Assembly: GCA_002269645.1 (NCBI GenBank) | Contig: NIVC01001531.1 | Span: 2,691 to 66,690, forward strand | Reading direction: 5' to 3' | From: Macrostomum lignano | Lineage: Eukaryota | Length of the DNA stretch: 64,000 bases | Shown: one piece after another, positions 60,461 through 64,000 of the stretch | Layout: each line of letters begins with the position of its first letter | Numbering within the stretch: the first letter of the stretch is position 1 | Notes under the pieces: generated by a model | What the model was told of the DNA's origin: nothing | Database searches by the model: none | What the model saw: only the letters and a program-made list of their open reading frames with translations | Position numbers and translations under genes: made by a program

Positions 60461-61379
60461 TTCTTTGATGTTTAGCAGTTTTATTGTGTTTTTAAGGTGT
60501 TTTAATAAAAAAATCTTTTTTGCACTACTAAGATTTGAACCCAGGTCGCTATATTGGCATTCCAGTCTGTTCGCATCAGGGCTATCTCTTTTCAATTGGA
60601 GAACATGAATTGTGGCCCTTATAATTCAATTCTTACAGCAAGTCAATTGGAGAAAAAAGTTATGACATAATCAATTTCCCAGTTAGCCAGTATCAGTCTT
60701 ACTTCAAGTTAGCAATATGGTTACGCAATTTAAATCATGTCGTGTGAGCATTTCTTCGGCACTGTTTTCAACTTGTTCGGAATCTTTATCGGAGTTGAAA
60801 TTCAGTCAGTCAGTTTTTTCTCTAGCATTCTTACAATGCATTTCAGGTCGAAAGAGCTTCTTGACCTTTGCAGAAAAGCATGTTTTTCGAATATTTAATC
60901 CCTTTAACATTGAGCAATTTCTTAGCCAAGATGCATGTACCGTCCCAGGAAAATTTCTGATCGAATGGTGCAAGTTTGAAGAAAATCGGTTGAGCCGTTT
61001 TTTCTGAAATCTATTGCATAGCTACATACATACATACATACATACATACATACAAACAACTCATTTTTAGGATATAGGAAGCTGATTTAGAACAATGCCT
61101 AGATACTATAGCTACTTTGGTATATGGCCACCTTAGACATGCGTATAACTGGGGCCTGGGGTATAGATAGGGACAATTGGCCTCACACTCTTGAATAGAC
61201 TAGAAAAAATCAAAGGCAACCAAGCAAATTGTTGTCAAAATATAGAGCTGCACTCCTTTTACTCTTTTGGGTTTTTATCTTTCAGAATCTACCCTCTCTC
61301 AACAAACTTTAACCTATGCTAAGGCTTTAAATTAATATTTATTATGTGGTAGGCCGGTCTACCACTGGGGCTTCGGCAA

Positions 61380-62400
61380 CAGTTGGCGATGCGCGGAACG
61401 CCTCTACCCGGCGGACAATTCTTTGACATCATTTTGGCTCCCCCACTTGAACTGTCTTCTTCCCCCCGTTGTTCCTACCTCTGGTCCATCGGTTGCCCCT
61501 TCCCTTGGTCCTGCTTTGTTTTGCCGTTTTCCACCCAGGTTTGTCCACTTTTCTTACCGGTGTTCCCCCCTGTGTTCCTTCTGGTGTTCCCCTGATCGTT
61601 TTTTTGCGTTCTTTTGGTATTTAATCTTTGGCGTTGCTTTAGTTTGTCAACCCCTTCTCCCCTTTTCTTCTTTCTTCTTGGTTGTTTTAGTTTGATCTTA
61701 TAGGCCGTGACTTAACTTTGTCTTGTTAGTTTTCTAATAGTTGCACGGCACTGTCTCATAATCATCTGTCTAATTGTAGTGTGAACAATTACTCTATCAC
61801 CTAACTTCTTTATTAGTCAATTAGCTTGTCTTTTTATTCAATTAACTTTGTGAATAATAACAATTTCTTAATCACTGACTACCGTAAAATTAATCAATAA
61901 TAAATAACGAGCAATAATAATAAGTTTTATAAATAATTAATATTTATCTAGTCAGTCTTAATCGAAGCCTTTAGTTTATATTAAGTTCTTTGCCCGCAGG
62001 GCGTAAAATAACCAATCAGTCTCAACTCAAAGAAAGCTCTGAGACCCTCAATGTTCTGTAAAATGACATTTAAGGTGGTGGCAGTGCTACTTTACTACTT
62101 AGAGTAACACAACTAGCAATCTTGACAAATCATAAGTTTACAGTGTCTGAGGACCCATTCTGAACGACTCAGGCTGCTACTAGACCGCTCGACTGCAATT
62201 ACGACTACCCTTACCCTGGAATTGAGGACCCAGCAGACAGAGTAACCTAGGAAAAGAATCAGCGCATCAATTCGTGCATTTTCTGGCTTTATTCGTGTTT
62301 CTACAACACTGGCGGCAATTCAAACGAGGAATCCACCCCACCTCACTAGTGTCAGCATAATTTCGAAACCGAGAGTTTCCAAGAAAATTCTTCTCCACCC
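61380..62400 (-). repeat. Diverged dispersed repeat of unknown class, copy B
   Basis: Inverted homology to about 5040-5950 (see copy A). Confidence 0.6.
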
Positions 62401-63448
62401 CCACCTCAATTATAAGAGGAAAACAATTAATTAGGCAAAAGCCAAGGCATTAATTATAACAAAATGGTCAAAAAATTGTGGTCTTACTAAGTATTATAAA
62501 CCTAAGACTAATGTTTTAGGCAGTTTCAAAGAACAAATTTTTTGGTTATTCTGGCTATATTATATTTTTATCAATAAAAAAGCTTGAAAGTTAAGAAATC
62601 TTAAAAAAATTTAGGCCATGGACTTTGCTACCAATGACTTTGCTGCAGTTTGCTATCAAATGCGCTCATTTGATATAATGAGAGAGATAATAAAAAAGAC
62701 ATTAATAATTATATATCAAAATTTTAATAAAGCTTTTGGCAACAAAAAGGGGCCTAATTTGTATCATGGCAAAATGCATACAAAATGTTTAAAAAATACA
62801 AAAACTTATTTTGTACCTTCTTTGTTTTTTTGACCAATTTCTAATAAAGGGCCTAAGCCAAGCCAATGTGTTCTTTTATTTTACTCTGGCCAATACGATT
62901 GATCAAAAAAAGAAAAATACTAAAAATAACTTTCAAAATCAAAACTGAAGTCCCTACTAGCTACGCCTACTGTACTAGTACTAGGCCATATGCCGCATAT
63001 TATTAGCATAAATATGGTAGTAGTAGTAGTAAGTTTGGCTCAGGCAAAAAGCCTGTTTGGCCAGTATAGTTAGGTGTATTGAATAATAATTAAAGGGGAG
63101 GCTAATATTAATAATAAATAACAAACAGAGCAGAAAGGAAGCCGTTTTAACTTTTTAAAGAAAGTTTAACTTTAACTAAGAAGTTTAAATTTTCGACTAG
63201 AGAGCGATTAAAAACAAATTTACGCTACATAAATCTAGTTTACATTTTTTCACAGCATATTTGCAATAATAACATATGATGTTTTGGCTACAAGTGCAAA
63301 ATATTTCTAATACAAACTTTAAATGCTCTTTTCAATTTAACACAAAAAATCAGTCACGTTTTTATTTTCTTGTCGCACTATTTTAGTCGTTTTTACTTTT
63401 GTGGTCACGAGCTAGGTTGCTTGCTTCTCTGAATAGAAGTTATATATC

Positions 63449-63586
63449 ATGAAAAAATATTTATTTGTCTTTGCGCTCATCATAACTGCTTTGATTTTTC
63501 TTTTGGCAAGCCTATACAGCTTTGTTTTTGATGTAGAGTACAACAAATGTGACATGACATACATGTTTCAATATCCAGAGTACATT
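63449..63586 (+). CDS. PGAP1: GPI inositol-deacylase PGAP1, first coding exon (gene continues beyond the window)
   Basis: N-terminal TM helix, then FDVEYNKCDMTYMFQYPEYI, matching the recalled PGAP1 motif FEENKCSMSYMFEYPEY. Followed by a gtaagt donor at 63587. Confidence 0.85.
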
Positions 63587-64000
63587 GTAAGTTACACATT
63601 ATATTTATTATGCTATATTTTTTATGTTGTAATATATTATATTAGATAATTTCCGAGAGTGCTTTAAATTTTTTGAAGACGTTAATCCCTTAGTTATTGA
63701 CTTTAGACTAAGGAGTATATTTTTTACAATAGAACCAAACAGTCTATAGTCTGCAACAGCCTGGGAAGATGAAATAAAGTAGAAATCAAGGAAAAATAAC
63801 TGAGATTAGGGATTTTTTGTTATTAAAAAATTTTTTATATGTGCATTATAGTCTAGATATTAAAAATTCTCAATATTTTCTATTTTATAGGCCTATTTTA
63901 TTTTTTCAATCACTAATAAATAAATCAAGTTTTTTGTTTAATTTTAAAACTTAAATTGGGTTAGACTAAATTTATTAGCATCTAGTTATTGTGCTCCTCA

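Larger units (their letters stand above)
58528..61079 (-). mobile_element. Non-autonomous Helitron-like element, copy 2, apparently full length (about 2.55 kb)
   Basis: Minus-strand 5' end TCCTATATCCTAAAAATGAG followed by (TATG)n. The 3' end has a GC hairpin (cccc-tatc-gggg, 58541-58554) about 9 nt before CTAG, followed by T. Internal arrays and body are shared with 1-2832. The base before the 5' TC is not the canonical A. Confidence 0.78.

Overview
This is a 64-kb window of eukaryotic nuclear DNA, probably from an invertebrate animal. It has GT-AG introns, animal-type genes, no prokaryotic operons and no CRISPR. Gene models were built by hand from splice signals and reading-frame continuity: a Bcl-2-family gene (+, 3 coding exons), MPV17 (+, 4 exons), MRPL51 (+, intronless CDS), a MYORG-type GH31 glycosidase (+, 4 exons), cystinosin CTNS (-, intronless CDS), RNF123/KPC1 (-, 15 coding exons, about 1364 aa) and the first exon of PGAP1 (+). 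Every predicted intron of about 150 bp or more holds a tandem array, and most long ORFs in the supplied track are artefacts of these arrays. Mobile DNA includes two copies of a satellite-carrying non-autonomous Helitron, a Mutator-like foldback with a 9-bp TSD, an hAT-like MITE, tRNA-headed SINE-like elements and decayed remnants. The main candidate novelty is at 19.9-22.7 kb. Two small membrane-protein ORFs (76 aa and 93-100 aa) and MRPL51 appear joined by two array-filled introns, so one spliced mRNA would be bi- or tricistronic. This is inferred from sequence alone and has no transcript support. All protein identities rest on recalled family motifs, not on database searches.
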